Assembly (NCBI RefSeq): GCF_048260245.1
Contig: NZ_JBLXGZ010000011.1
Span: 960 to 64,959, forward strand
Length of the DNA stretch: 64,000 nt
Direction: 5' to 3'
DNA from: Kordiimonas sp.
GTDB lineage: Bacteria > Pseudomonadota > Alphaproteobacteria > Sphingomonadales > Kordiimonadaceae
In this document: positions 43,513-52,755 of the stretch, piece by piece
Layout: each line of letters opens with the position of its first letter
Numbering within the stretch: position 1 is the stretch's first letter
The notes under the pieces: model-generated
Databases searched by the model: none
Told to the model about the DNA's origin: nothing
The model's input: only the letters and a program-made list of their open reading frames with translations
Made by a program: the position numbers and the translations under genes

Positions 43513-45030
43513 TTAGTCCACCCGGATCAGGCGAAACCCGACAAGCTTATGTCGGGCTTCAAAGGCCATCTCCTGCCGCAATTGCATGGCCAACAGGACC
43601 GGGACCGTGAGGTTGGTCGCGCCGCGTATCACGCCGCTTTGGCAATTTTGCTGAACGGGTGCGGCACCAAATTCGGGACTCCAGCAATCATCCACCCATT
43701 CGGCAACATTGCCCAGCATGTCATATAACCTGAAGCTGTTGGGGGCGGCTCTGCCCACCGGAAAGGTGGCGTCTGCGCCAATACGGTCATCACAGTCCAG
43801 ACAGGACTGGAATGCTTTTTCAAAGGCCGCTTTCTGAGCTGTGATCTGGCTATTGCGACCGCGAGCCATATATGCCCATTCCACTTCACTGGGCAAGCGC
43901 CACTTGCCTGTCCCACCCGCCGCCCGCCATGCGGCGTTCAGCCATGCGGTGTAAGTGTCTATATCTGTGCGGGTGACATTGATCACGGGGCGGTTAAGCC
44001 GTCCCCACCCCTCATCATTTGGCCCGTCAGCGGTGCAGGTGCCAGAGCGAACGCATGCGTCCCACATCTCGAAGGTTACTTCATAGGTCATGGCGGTAAA
44101 AGGGGCGGTGATCTCAAAAGTTTTTGGTGCAGCCAGCTTGCCAGGGCTGATTTGCGGCCGGTAGACAAAAAAACCGGCAGGAATATTAACAGTGGGGCCC
44201 GACAGCGCCCTCAAGGGCTCGCGAGTGCGCGCGACATTCAGTGCTTTTTGAGCTTCCCCCCGATAGGTTCCCATGGGATAGCGGGTCAGAAAGCCTTGCA
44301 GCGCAATAACGGAGCCATCAGTGCTGGCGCGGGTAAAGGCGAGAGTCTGTTCGCGCTCGGATGCCTGCAGGACATAGGTTCCGCGCGGATATGAGGCCCG
44401 ATAGTTTTGGTAGCTCTCCACCGTATTTTGCTGCCTGGCTTCGCGGAAGGCGGCTAGGTCGGCGCTGCGTTCTGCATCCACGCTAAACCTGCCTTGCGGC
44501 CAATAGTGTAAATAGCGCAGGTAGGATATTTCGGCGTTGACTTCCTTGGCACGCCGATAGCTGAGGAAGTCCGCCTGCTCCACGTTGGTGCTGGCCGGAT
44601 AAGCGTCACGAAACGCGGCGTAGGCAAAAATGGTGTGCTGGCCTTGTGCATAGTCGAAAGCTGTTTTCTCAGATGCGCCAAATGCTTTGACGGCGTCCTC
44701 AATGGACGCTTTCAATTTTATGGCTTCCTCTGCTGCTGCGCCCACACCGTGAAAGCCCAGATAGCGTTCTATCAGGTCGCTTGCACGCTCATATTGGCCG
44801 CTGCCATAAGCGGCTTGAGCAGCCAGATAATAATATTCCTGATTGCGGCGGTTTTCTTGCAGCAGCGACTGGAGGATTTCGTCGGCAAGGCGGAAGCGTC
44901 CGGCTTCAATGGCCTCGATCGCTCCTTCAAGTGAAGGGGCCACATGCGGCTCTGCCACTTCCGTCTCGGCCGGGTCCGCCATTGCGATTAGAATAAAACT
45001 CAGCGTTATCAGCGCTATATATCTGATCAT
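43513..45030 (-). CDS. secreted protein with four YPxGxY-type repeats and a C-terminal FGE-sulfatase (SUMF1/EgtB/PvdO) domain
   Basis: Signal peptide MIRYIALITLSFILIAMA (ATG 45030; the track gives GTG 45042). FGE-domain blocks WRLPSEVEWAYMARG, FRLYDMLGNVAEWVDDCW and VIRGA. Confidence 0.8.
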   Translation of the reverse strand: MIRYIALITLSFILIAMADPAETEVAEPHVAPSLEGAIEAIEAGRFRLADEILQSLLQENRRNQEYYYLAAQAAYGSGQYERASDLIERYLGFHGVGAAAEEAIKLKASIEDAVKAFGASEKTAFDYAQGQHTIFAYAAFRDAYPASTNVEQADFLSYRRAKEVNAEISYLRYLHYWPQGRFSVDAERSADLAAFREARQQNTVESYQNYRASYPRGTYVLQASEREQTLAFTRASTDGSVIALQGFLTRYPMGTYRGEAQKALNVARTREPLRALSGPTVNIPAGFFVYRPQISPGKLAAPKTFEITAPFTAMTYEVTFEMWDACVRSGTCTADGPNDEGWGRLNRPVINVTRTDIDTYTAWLNAAWRAAGGTGKWRLPSEVEWAYMARGRNSQITAQKAAFEKAFQSCLDCDDRIGADATFPVGRAAPNSFRLYDMLGNVAEWVDDCWSPEFGAAPVQQNCQSGVIRGATNLTVPVLLAMQLRQEMAFEARHKLVGFRLIRVD

Positions 45031-45125
45031 TCCGCGTCCCACTTCACTTAGCGTGTTTTACCACATAAAACTTATGCGAAATTCTAGGGTGAAAGTGCAG
45101 CGGGATGCTAGATATATCGCTTCAC

Positions 45126-46124
45126 TTACCGGCTGATCTTGCCAAGCAACCGCAATCGGCTGATACCGCCGTCGGGGTATATGTTGATGCGCACATGACT
45201 GATGGTACCTGTGCCCGCAACGGGCCGGAAATGATGCTCAGCGTCGGCCTTAAGGGGTTGCCGGTCAAGAAGTTCATGCCAGAACTGACTTTGCACCGGC
45301 AGGCTGTCTTCTGTGCCGCCCGCCACAAGCGCGCCCTGAAGCGAGATCTGGCCGGGGTAATTGCCTTTGAAAAAAGCGGTGTCGACGATAATGTCTTCAA
45401 TAATGCCCGCATGGCCCAGCGCCAAAATTGCCCAGTCGTTACCCGGCTCGCGGCGGCGGCGGGTTTCCCAACCGTCACCCATGTTAAGGCCCTTGCCCGG
45501 CAAGGTGATGTTCGAGAGAGCGCCAAAATGTTCGTCATTGGCGACAATGCCGCGCCCGCCGTTTTCCATCGCCAGCAAATCGATGCGGGTATCCGCGTCA
45601 AAGCCAGCCCAGTCCTTGTGCATCAGGCCATACACGCGCAGGCGGGCCACACCACCGTCCGGGTAGATATTCAGGCGGATATGGGTCCAGGGCGTCTTGC
45701 TCTCGCAGGCCACATGATGGTGGCTGTTACCCTTAAGGCTCATAGAGGCGACCACTTCGGTCCAGACCGCGCCTGAGCCGGGCACATCTTCATTTGAGAT
45801 GCACGCGTCGATGCTGGTGGCAGGCGGGAAGTTGCCGGTGAAATGGCTTGTGTCGATGTCAAATCCCTTGATGGTGCCGGGCGCGCCAAGGCGGATGACA
45901 GCATGGTCATAGCCTGTGCCGCGCTTACGGCGGCTTTCCCAGCCGTCCATCCACTTGCCGTTTTCGTCATATTTTCCGGGGATGAACACAGCATCTGCGG
46001 GGTCGATCAACCGGGCCTTATCGGCAAAAAAGTCATCGCTTGCGAAGGTAACTTTGGCACCGAGGCGCGGGTTCGCGAGGTTGATGCAGTTGCGTGTGAA
46101 GGCTGGAGGTACGGTGTCAGACAT
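45126..46124 (-). CDS. alc: allantoicase
   Basis: I moved the start to ATG 46124, 16 nt after the uraD stop. Two allantoicase repeats (FASDDFFADKARLI...GWESRRKR and NDEHFGALSNI...GWETRRRR). Confidence 0.9.
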   Translation of the reverse strand: MSDTVPPAFTRNCINLANPRLGAKVTFASDDFFADKARLIDPADAVFIPGKYDENGKWMDGWESRRKRGTGYDHAVIRLGAPGTIKGFDIDTSHFTGNFPPATSIDACISNEDVPGSGAVWTEVVASMSLKGNSHHHVACESKTPWTHIRLNIYPDGGVARLRVYGLMHKDWAGFDADTRIDLLAMENGGRGIVANDEHFGALSNITLPGKGLNMGDGWETRRRREPGNDWAILALGHAGIIEDIIVDTAFFKGNYPGQISLQGALVAGGTEDSLPVQSQFWHELLDRQPLKADAEHHFRPVAGTGTISHVRINIYPDGGISRLRLLGKISR

Positions 46125-46140
46125 GGGTTGGTTCTCTCTT

Positions 46141-46656
46141 TCAACCTGCCAAAGCTTCAAGCCGTAAGCGGGCTATCTTGTGAATTTCATTGATGGCGGT
46201 CTTGAACTCACGTTCGCGGTTATGGTTTAGCCGCGCGCCAAAGGCCGCCAGAATGCTGTGGCGGTTGTGCCCCTTCACTGCGATGATGAAGGGGAAACCA
46301 AATTTGTTTTTGTAGGCTTTGTTCAGGCTCTGGAACTCGTTGAACTCTGCGGGTGTGCAGGCATCAAGCCCGGCGCCGGATTGCTCAGCTTTTGATTCGG
46401 CGGTCAGTTCCCCGCGAACGGCGGCCTTGCCGGCTAGGTCCGGGTGAGCGCAAATCAGGCGTTCCTGTTGTTCCTCACTGGCGGCGTTCACTACGTCAGC
46501 CATTACGCTGTGAAGCCCGTCCACGCTATTGAGGTTTTTGTCGCCACGCTTGGCCCACGCGCCCTCCGCCACCCAGCGGGAGTGCTCGTAAATGCTGCCA
46601 TAAAGCTCAAGGAATTGCTCATGGCTCAGGTCGCATGGGCGCTCCCTCAGTATCAT
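46141..46656 (-). CDS. uraD: 2-oxo-4-hydroxy-4-carboxy-5-ureidoimidazoline (OHCU) decarboxylase
   Basis: 171 aa. LYGSIYEHSRWVAEGAW, ICAHPDLAGK and SKAEQSGAGL blocks. The ATG overlaps the puuE stop (ATGA). Confidence 0.85.
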   Translation of the reverse strand: MILRERPCDLSHEQFLELYGSIYEHSRWVAEGAWAKRGDKNLNSVDGLHSVMADVVNAASEEQQERLICAHPDLAGKAAVRGELTAESKAEQSGAGLDACTPAEFNEFQSLNKAYKNKFGFPFIIAVKGHNRHSILAAFGARLNHNREREFKTAINEIHKIARLRLEALAG

Positions 46657-47573
46657 CTGCCGTCTCCCTCATAGGGGTGGTGCTCACGCCAGTGCCGCGC
46701 GATGTCCACCCGGCGGCAGAACCAGACATCCTTGAAACTGCGTGCATATTCAAAAAACCGCTCCAGCGCGCGGATTCGCCCCGGCCGGCCAATCAGGCGA
46801 CAATGCAGGCCAATGCTCATCATCTTGGGGCTGTCTGCGCCCTCGGCATAAAGCGTATCAAACGCGTCGCGCACGTAGGAGAAAAACTGGTCCCCCGAAT
46901 TGAAGCCCTGCACGGATGCAAAGCGCATGTCATTGACATCCAGTGTATAGGGCACAACCAGATGCGCGCCATTTTCCATACGTGACCAGAAGGGCAGGTC
47001 ATCGGAATAATCGTCTGCGTCATAAAGAAAACCACCATGCTCAGCTACCAGCCGGCGGGTGTTGGGGCTGGTGCGGCCGGTATACCAGCCTGCCGGTGCC
47101 TCGCCGGTGACCTCAGTGATGATACGCACGGCCTCCCTGATATGCTCGCGCTCCACCTCTTCCGGCATATTCTGGTAATTGATCCACTTAAACCCGTGGG
47201 AGCAGATTTCATAGCCGCGATCCGTGAAGGCTTTGGCCATCTCGGGGTAGCGTTTCAATGCTTCGGCGACCGCGAAGATGGTGACGGGGATGTCGTATTT
47301 CCCGAACAGGCGCAACAGCCGCCACACACCCGCGCGGCTGCCGTATTCATAAACGGATTCCATGCTCATGTGCCGCGCGCCTTCAATAACAGGGGCGCTG
47401 ACAATCTCTGAGAGGAAGGTTTCCGCGCCTGCATCGCCGTGCAGCACGCAGTTTTCACCGCCTTCTTCATAATTCAGTACGACCTGCACCGCGATGCGCG
47501 CGCCACCGGGCCAGTTTGCATGCGGCACGTGTTCGCCGTATCCTTTCAGGTCGCGCGGGTAATTGTCCGTCAT
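46653..47573 (-). CDS. puuE: allantoinase PuuE (polysaccharide deacetylase fold)
   Basis: 306 aa. PRDLKGYGEHVPHANWPGGARIAVQVVLNYEEGGE is typical of PuuE. Confidence 0.9.
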   Translation of the reverse strand: MTDNYPRDLKGYGEHVPHANWPGGARIAVQVVLNYEEGGENCVLHGDAGAETFLSEIVSAPVIEGARHMSMESVYEYGSRAGVWRLLRLFGKYDIPVTIFAVAEALKRYPEMAKAFTDRGYEICSHGFKWINYQNMPEEVEREHIREAVRIITEVTGEAPAGWYTGRTSPNTRRLVAEHGGFLYDADDYSDDLPFWSRMENGAHLVVPYTLDVNDMRFASVQGFNSGDQFFSYVRDAFDTLYAEGADSPKMMSIGLHCRLIGRPGRIRALERFFEYARSFKDVWFCRRVDIARHWREHHPYEGDGR

Positions 47574-47594
47574 TGTCTCGCTTTCATGCTTTTG

Positions 47595-48302
47595 TCAGCT
47601 GGCACGCGCCATGCCGAAAATCTGGTGCAGATCATCGCCGCCTGCAGCGCGCTCAAACCTGAGGGTCGCTTCAATGTCGTTCAGGTGGTGTGTCAGTATT
47701 TCCTGTGCGGCCACAATGTCGCGTCGCTCCAGCGCGTCCACAAGGCGGGTATGTTCATCTCCTGTGCAGCTTTGCACTGATTGGCCGTGTCGACCATATA
47801 GTGTGATAATGAGTGAACTTCTGAACACCAGTTGCTCAAGGAAATGATACATCGGTGTGTTACCCGCGAGCTTTGCCACATGCAGGTGAAACTCTCCCGT
47901 CAGGCGTATCCAGCGCGCGATATCAGCTTTTGCCAGTGCGTCTCTCTCCTGTGCCAGATGGCCCCGCAGGTTTTTGATATCGTTCGTGTCGGCAACTTCT
48001 GACGCGCGGGCGAGAAGGGCGGCCTCCACCGTGTGACGTGCTTCAAAAACCTGCTGCGCTTCATCGGGGCTGGGTGAAGCGATTACCGCCCCCTTGTTCT
48101 TTTGCAGCTCCACAATATTGTCGCGAGAAAGCAGCAGGAAGGCGCGGCGCACAGTTGTGCGGCCAACGCCAAAGACACCGCATAGCGACTCTTCCGTCAG
48201 CTTGGTGCCAGGCGCAAGGCGTTGCTCCAGTACGCTGTCACGTACCCGCTGGCAGATGTCCTCTTCCGTCAGGGCAGCTTCTTTCGGTTTCTGTCTTGTC
48301 AT
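47595..48302 (-). CDS. GntR family (FadR/FCD subfamily) transcriptional regulator
   Basis: 235 aa. N-terminal wHTH LAPGTKLTEESLCGVFGVGRTTVRRAFLLL and an all-helical C-terminal domain. It heads the minus-strand purine operon. Confidence 0.85.
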   Translation of the reverse strand: MTRQKPKEAALTEEDICQRVRDSVLEQRLAPGTKLTEESLCGVFGVGRTTVRRAFLLLSRDNIVELQKNKGAVIASPSPDEAQQVFEARHTVEAALLARASEVADTNDIKNLRGHLAQERDALAKADIARWIRLTGEFHLHVAKLAGNTPMYHFLEQLVFRSSLIITLYGRHGQSVQSCTGDEHTRLVDALERRDIVAAQEILTHHLNDIEATLRFERAAGGDDLHQIFGMARAS

Positions 48303-48320
48303 CGTCTGGTTCCTGATTCC

Positions 48321-48349
48321 CTTGGTAACACTCTTTTTTTGCTACCAAG
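48321..48349. promoter_or_regulatory. inverted repeat CTTGGTA-N15-TACCAAG upstream of the GntR gene
   Basis: 7-bp perfect arms at 48321-48327 and 48343-48349, located 19-47 nt upstream of the GntR start. Confidence 0.4.
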
Positions 48350-48456
48350 CGTCCTTCCGGGTTTTACCGCAACCCAGAAACAAACTCAGCGGCGGGCGTG
48401 CAGTTTTGGCGCAACCGGAAAGCTTCGTTATCGCTGAATTCTGGCCTATGACGACG

Positions 48457-48470
48457 AATTGTCAACAATT
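48457..48470. promoter_or_regulatory. palindrome AATTGT-CA-ACAATT, candidate GntR-type operator upstream of uraH-xdh
   Basis: 6-bp perfect arms with a GT...AC core as in FadR-subfamily GntR sites. It lies 96-109 nt upstream of ATG 48566. Confidence 0.45.
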
Positions 48471-48565
48471 TAGTATCTATTTTGTTGATGATATTCTTTA
48501 CAAAGCTGGTTGCTTCCGTCAGGGTGAAAGTGGAGATTTCTCAAACCAATCCACGGGGCGTATGT

Positions 48566-48922
48566 ATGGGACGGTTAACCACCCATGTGCTGGACACCGC
48601 AAACGGTTGTCCGGGAGAGGGCATTCAGATCAGGCTGTATCGGCTGGCAGAAGACGGTAGCGAGCAGTTGCTGTGTGAGGCGGTCACCAACGACGACGGT
48701 CGGGTGGACGGCCCGATCCTTGAGGGTGCCGACTTCACCGTAGGGACATATCTGCTTGAGTTCGCGGCGGGGGATTATTTTCGCGCGCGCGGCACGATGC
48801 TGCCGGAGCTTGCTTTTCTGGATGTTGTGCCCATCCGCTTTGGCCTTGCCGACGCGGGCGCGCACTATCATGTGCCTCTGTTAATTTCGCCATACGGCTA
48901 CAGCACCTACCGGGGAAGCTGA
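48566..48922 (+). CDS. uraH: 5-hydroxyisourate hydrolase (transthyretin-like)
   Basis: I moved the start to ATG 48566 ([20 protein letters not shown]). 118 aa with the C-terminal YSTYRGS signature. Confidence 0.9.
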   Translation: MGRLTTHVLDTANGCPGEGIQIRLYRLAEDGSEQLLCEAVTNDDGRVDGPILEGADFTVGTYLLEFAAGDYFRARGTMLPELAFLDVVPIRFGLADAGAHYHVPLLISPYGYSTYRGS

Positions 48923-48923
48923 T

Positions 48924-50402
48924 ATGACGGAGACGGTCAGATTCCTTCTCGACGGTGAGTATTATGAGCTCACAAACCCGGACCCGACAACGACGGTGCT
49001 GAATTTCCTGCGTTATGAACTGGCGCGCACCGGCACCAAGGAGGGCTGCGCCGAGGGAGACTGCGGTGCCTGCACAGTGGTGCTGGGCGAGTTGGTAGAC
49101 GGGCATATTCGCTACCGGGCAGTCAACGCCTGCATCCTGTTTGTGCCCACGCTTGACGGCAAGGAGTTGATCACAGTTGAAAGCCTGAGGGCAAAGGACG
49201 GCACTTTGCATCCGGTCCAGCAGGTTCTTGTCGATACCCATGGATCGCAGTGCGGTTTCTGCACGCCCGGTTTTGTCATGTCGCTCTATGCGCTGTATGA
49301 AGAAGGCGGCGCCAGGGACCGCGCCCACATCAATGATGCACTGGCGGGAAACCTGTGCCGCTGCACCGGGTATGGGCCGATCGTTGAAGCGGGGCTACGC
49401 ATGGAGCAAATGCGCGTGCCTGTGGACGCGAATGTGTTGAAGGACCGTATTGATGCGCTCAGGTCGCTCAAGCGGCATGACACATTGAAACTCAGCGTCA
49501 AGGACAAGCTTACCGGGAACCAGAAATATTATTTCGCACCCGTAAGTATTGACGATTTGGCCGATATTTCTTTGGCTTATCCAGATGCGACGTATCTGGC
49601 AGGCGGCACGGATGTTGGCCTGTGGGTGACAAAACAGCACCGCGAACTGGCGCAGATTATCTATATCGGTGACGTGGAAGAATTGAAGCATACCCACGTT
49701 ACCGACCGATCGGTTGAAATTGGGGCCGGAGCTTCCTTTACCGATGCGATAGATGTACTGGCCCGCTATTATGGCGACATGGGGCAGATCATCCGCCGGG
49801 TTGGTTCGGTCCAGATCAGGAACAGCGGAACCCTAGGCGGCAATATTGCCAATGGCTCCCCTATTGGCGACAGCATGCCAGCGCTGATTGCTGCGGGGGC
49901 CATGCTTACGCTACGCATGGGCTCACTTGAACGCACCATGCCGCTTGAGGACTATTTCATCGGTTATGGCAAACAGGACTTGCAACCGGGTGAATTTGTT
50001 GCCCGTATTTCGGTGCCGTTGCCGGCTGAGAATTTACGCTACCGTGCTTATAAAATCTCCAAACGTTTTGATCAGGATATCTCGGCTATTTGCGCTTGTT
50101 TCGGTTTCGAAATAAAATCTGGTATGGTTGAGCATGTCCGCATTGCCTATGGCGGCATGGCCGCGACACCCAAGCGTGGGCTGAAGGCTGAGCAGGCGCT
50201 CGTCGGTAAGGCGTGGAATACGGAAAATGTGGAAGCCGCGGTAGCTGCCTTGGCAGAAGATTTCGCCCCCATCAGTGACATGCGTGCCAGCGCGGACTAC
50301 CGCATGATGACTGCACAAAACCTGCTCAGGAAAGCCTTTATTGAACTGACTGCAGACGCCGACACCCGCCTTGTCGGTGACAGGGAGCTTGCGCATGCCT
50401 GA
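48924..50402 (+). CDS. xdhA: xanthine dehydrogenase small subunit (2Fe-2S plus FAD)
   Basis: 492 aa. CAEGDCGACTV and GSQCGFCTPGF iron-sulfur motifs, followed by an FAD-binding domain. Confidence 0.9.
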   Translation: MTETVRFLLDGEYYELTNPDPTTTVLNFLRYELARTGTKEGCAEGDCGACTVVLGELVDGHIRYRAVNACILFVPTLDGKELITVESLRAKDGTLHPVQQVLVDTHGSQCGFCTPGFVMSLYALYEEGGARDRAHINDALAGNLCRCTGYGPIVEAGLRMEQMRVPVDANVLKDRIDALRSLKRHDTLKLSVKDKLTGNQKYYFAPVSIDDLADISLAYPDATYLAGGTDVGLWVTKQHRELAQIIYIGDVEELKHTHVTDRSVEIGAGASFTDAIDVLARYYGDMGQIIRRVGSVQIRNSGTLGGNIANGSPIGDSMPALIAAGAMLTLRMGSLERTMPLEDYFIGYGKQDLQPGEFVARISVPLPAENLRYRAYKISKRFDQDISAICACFGFEIKSGMVEHVRIAYGGMAATPKRGLKAEQALVGKAWNTENVEAAVAALAEDFAPISDMRASADYRMMTAQNLLRKAFIELTADADTRLVGDRELAHA

Positions 50403-52755
50403 TCTCAGCAGCAGGGGTGGTCCTGTGCTCTCTGAAATCCCTGTCCCCTCTGAAATCAAGGGGGCGGTTCATAAGGAACTGAGGCACGACAGCGCCCACA
50501 AGCATGTCTCGGGTGAGGCGGTTTATATCGACGATATGCCGGAACCCAAGGACCTGCTGCATATCTATGTCGCCATGTCGGAAAAGGCCCATGCACGTGT
50601 AACATCCCTCGATTTGTCGTCCGTACGCAAAGCCAGAGGTGTGGCGCTTGTGATCAGTGCGGAAGACATCCCTGGCCATAATGATGTCAGCCCGTTCGCG
50701 GGTGATGACCCGCTCTTTGCCGATGGCCTTGTGGAATATATCGGTCAGCCGATTTTTGCCGTCGCTGCTACCAGCATCGCCGCCGCGCGCGCCGCGGCCA
50801 GCCTGGCGGCGGTTGACTATGACGAGTTGCCCGCGCTGACGACCATTGATGATGCTATGGCGGCGGAAAGTGCGATTGAACCCGCGCAAACCATGGCGCA
50901 GGGTGATGCCCGGGCCGCGCTTGAGAAGGCGAAGTATCGTCTGAAAGGCAGCTTCCGTATTGGCGGGCAGGACCATTTTTACCTTGAAGGCCAGATTGCT
51001 TTTGCCGCGCCACAGGAAGATGGCGATGTGCATGTCTTCTCGTCGACCCAGCACCCGAGCGAGGTGCAACATCTGGTGGCCCACGTGCTCGGCAAGCCAA
51101 CCAATGCGGTGACGGTTGAGGTCAGGCGCATGGGCGGCGGTTTTGGCGGCAAGGAAACCCACCCCGCCATGTTCGCTGCGATGGCGGCCCTTGTGGCGGT
51201 GAAAACCGGCCGCCCGGCCAAACTGCGGCTGGACCGCGATGACGATATGATCATGACCGGCAAGCGCCATGATTTCCGCTATGGCTATGATATCGGCTAT
51301 GACGACGATGGGCGTATCACAGGGGCGGCGATTGACCTGGCCTCGCGCTGTGGTAGGTCGACCGACCTGTCGCCCGCGATCAACGACCGCGCCATGTTCC
51401 ACACCGACAACTGCTATTATCTTGGCGATATCGAGATCACCTCGCACCGCTTGAAAACGCACACTGCCTCCAACACCGCTTTCCGCGGTTTTGGCGGGCC
51501 GCAGGGTATGCTGGGGATCGAGCATGTGATTGACCAGATTGCCCATGCGCTGGGAAAAGACCCGATCGACGTACGCCGCGCGAACCTCTACGGCACGGAT
51601 GGCCGTAATACTACACCGTTTGGCATGGTGGTTGAAGACAACATCGCTCCTGAACTGATTGACGCGCTGGCGGAAAGTGCAGGCTATCAGGCGCGGCGCT
51701 CAGCGATACGAGAATTTAACGCATCCAGCCCCTACCTGAAGAGAGGTATCGCACTGACGCCGGTCAAATTTGGCATCAGCTTCACCACTACGCATCTCAA
51801 TCAGGCTGGTGCTTTGGTGCATGTTTATGCCGATGGCAGCGTGCACCTGAACCATGGCGGCACCGAGATGGGGCAAGGGCTATTTGTCAAGGTTGCCCAG
51901 GTGGTGGCAGAAGAATTCCAGATTGATGTGGACCATATCAAGATCACGGCGACAACAACGGCGAAGGTGCCCAATACGTCGGCCACGGCGGCGTCCTCAG
52001 GCTCTGACCTTAACGGCATGGCGGCACTGGATGCAGCGCGGCGCATCAAGGCGCGGCTGGTGGATTTTGCGGCTAATAAATATGGTTGCCCCAAGGACCG
52101 GGTCACCTTTCGCAACAACAATGTTTATGTGGATAACCGGGAAATACCGTTCGCGCAGTTAACGCGCGAGGCGTATCTGGGCCGGGTGTCGTTGTCGTCC
52201 ACGGGTTTCTACAAGACGCCAAAGATCCATTATGATCGCAGCAAACACAAGGGCCGGCCCTTCCTGTATTTCTGTTACGGGGCGGCGGTGTCGGAGGTCA
52301 CCGTTGATACGCTGACGGGGGAATATAAGGTCGAGCGGGTCGACATCCTGCATGACACTGGCCGGTCGCTCAACCCTGCGATCGACAAGGGGCAGATCGA
52401 AGGTGGGTTCATTCAGGGCATGGGTTGGCTGACCACTGAAGAGCTCGTGTATGACAAGAGCGGTCGCCTGCACACGCACGCGCCGTCCACCTACAAAATC
52501 CCTGCCTGCAGCGACCGACCGGAACAGTTTAATATCGAGCTGTATGCCGAGGGCCGGAATGTGGAAGCCACGATCCACCGGTCAAAAGCCGTGGGAGAGC
52601 CGCCGTTCATGCTGGCGAATTCGGTGTTCCTCGCGCTGGCTGACGCTGTGTGTGCCGCGTCGGACTATAAAGTGCGGGTGATGATGAATGCGCCTGCCAC
52701 GCCGGAGGAAGTGCTGAAAGCGGTGGTGAAGGCGAAAAGCAAGGCGCGCGACTGA
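50395..52755 (+). CDS. xdhB: xanthine dehydrogenase molybdopterin-binding subunit
   Basis: I moved the start to ATG 50395, overlapping the xdhA stop by 8 nt (ATGCCTGA). GGGFGGKE, FRGFGGPQG and AVGEPPF blocks. Confidence 0.9.
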   Translation: MPDLSSRGGPVLSEIPVPSEIKGAVHKELRHDSAHKHVSGEAVYIDDMPEPKDLLHIYVAMSEKAHARVTSLDLSSVRKARGVALVISAEDIPGHNDVSPFAGDDPLFADGLVEYIGQPIFAVAATSIAAARAAASLAAVDYDELPALTTIDDAMAAESAIEPAQTMAQGDARAALEKAKYRLKGSFRIGGQDHFYLEGQIAFAAPQEDGDVHVFSSTQHPSEVQHLVAHVLGKPTNAVTVEVRRMGGGFGGKETHPAMFAAMAALVAVKTGRPAKLRLDRDDDMIMTGKRHDFRYGYDIGYDDDGRITGAAIDLASRCGRSTDLSPAINDRAMFHTDNCYYLGDIEITSHRLKTHTASNTAFRGFGGPQGMLGIEHVIDQIAHALGKDPIDVRRANLYGTDGRNTTPFGMVVEDNIAPELIDALAESAGYQARRSAIREFNASSPYLKRGIALTPVKFGISFTTTHLNQAGALVHVYADGSVHLNHGGTEMGQGLFVKVAQVVAEEFQIDVDHIKITATTTAKVPNTSATAASSGSDLNGMAALDAARRIKARLVDFAANKYGCPKDRVTFRNNNVYVDNREIPFAQLTREAYLGRVSLSSTGFYKTPKIHYDRSKHKGRPFLYFCYGAAVSEVTVDTLTGEYKVERVDILHDTGRSLNPAIDKGQIEGGFIQGMGWLTTEELVYDKSGRLHTHAPSTYKIPACSDRPEQFNIELYAEGRNVEATIHRSKAVGEPPFMLANSVFLALADAVCAASDYKVRVMMNAPATPEEVLKAVVKAKSKARD

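Noticed and set aside
45086-45097. 12-mer AGGGTGAAAGTG repeated at 48521-48532, both near purine genes.
   Set aside because: Exact 12-mer repeats are expected many times by chance in 64 kb on two strands. There is no extended similarity or symmetry.
50338-51546. 402-aa minus-strand ORF antisense to xdhB. The same applies to 48735-49328 (-), 42031-42765 (-), 40801-41370 (-), 45105-45776 (+), 54703-55323 (-) and 60392-60967 (-).
   Set aside because: By coordinate check, all are in register with the well-supported sense genes (xdhA/B, pbpC, A2M, alc, aceB/puuD, mmcB). Their compositions are typical of GC-rich antisense frames.
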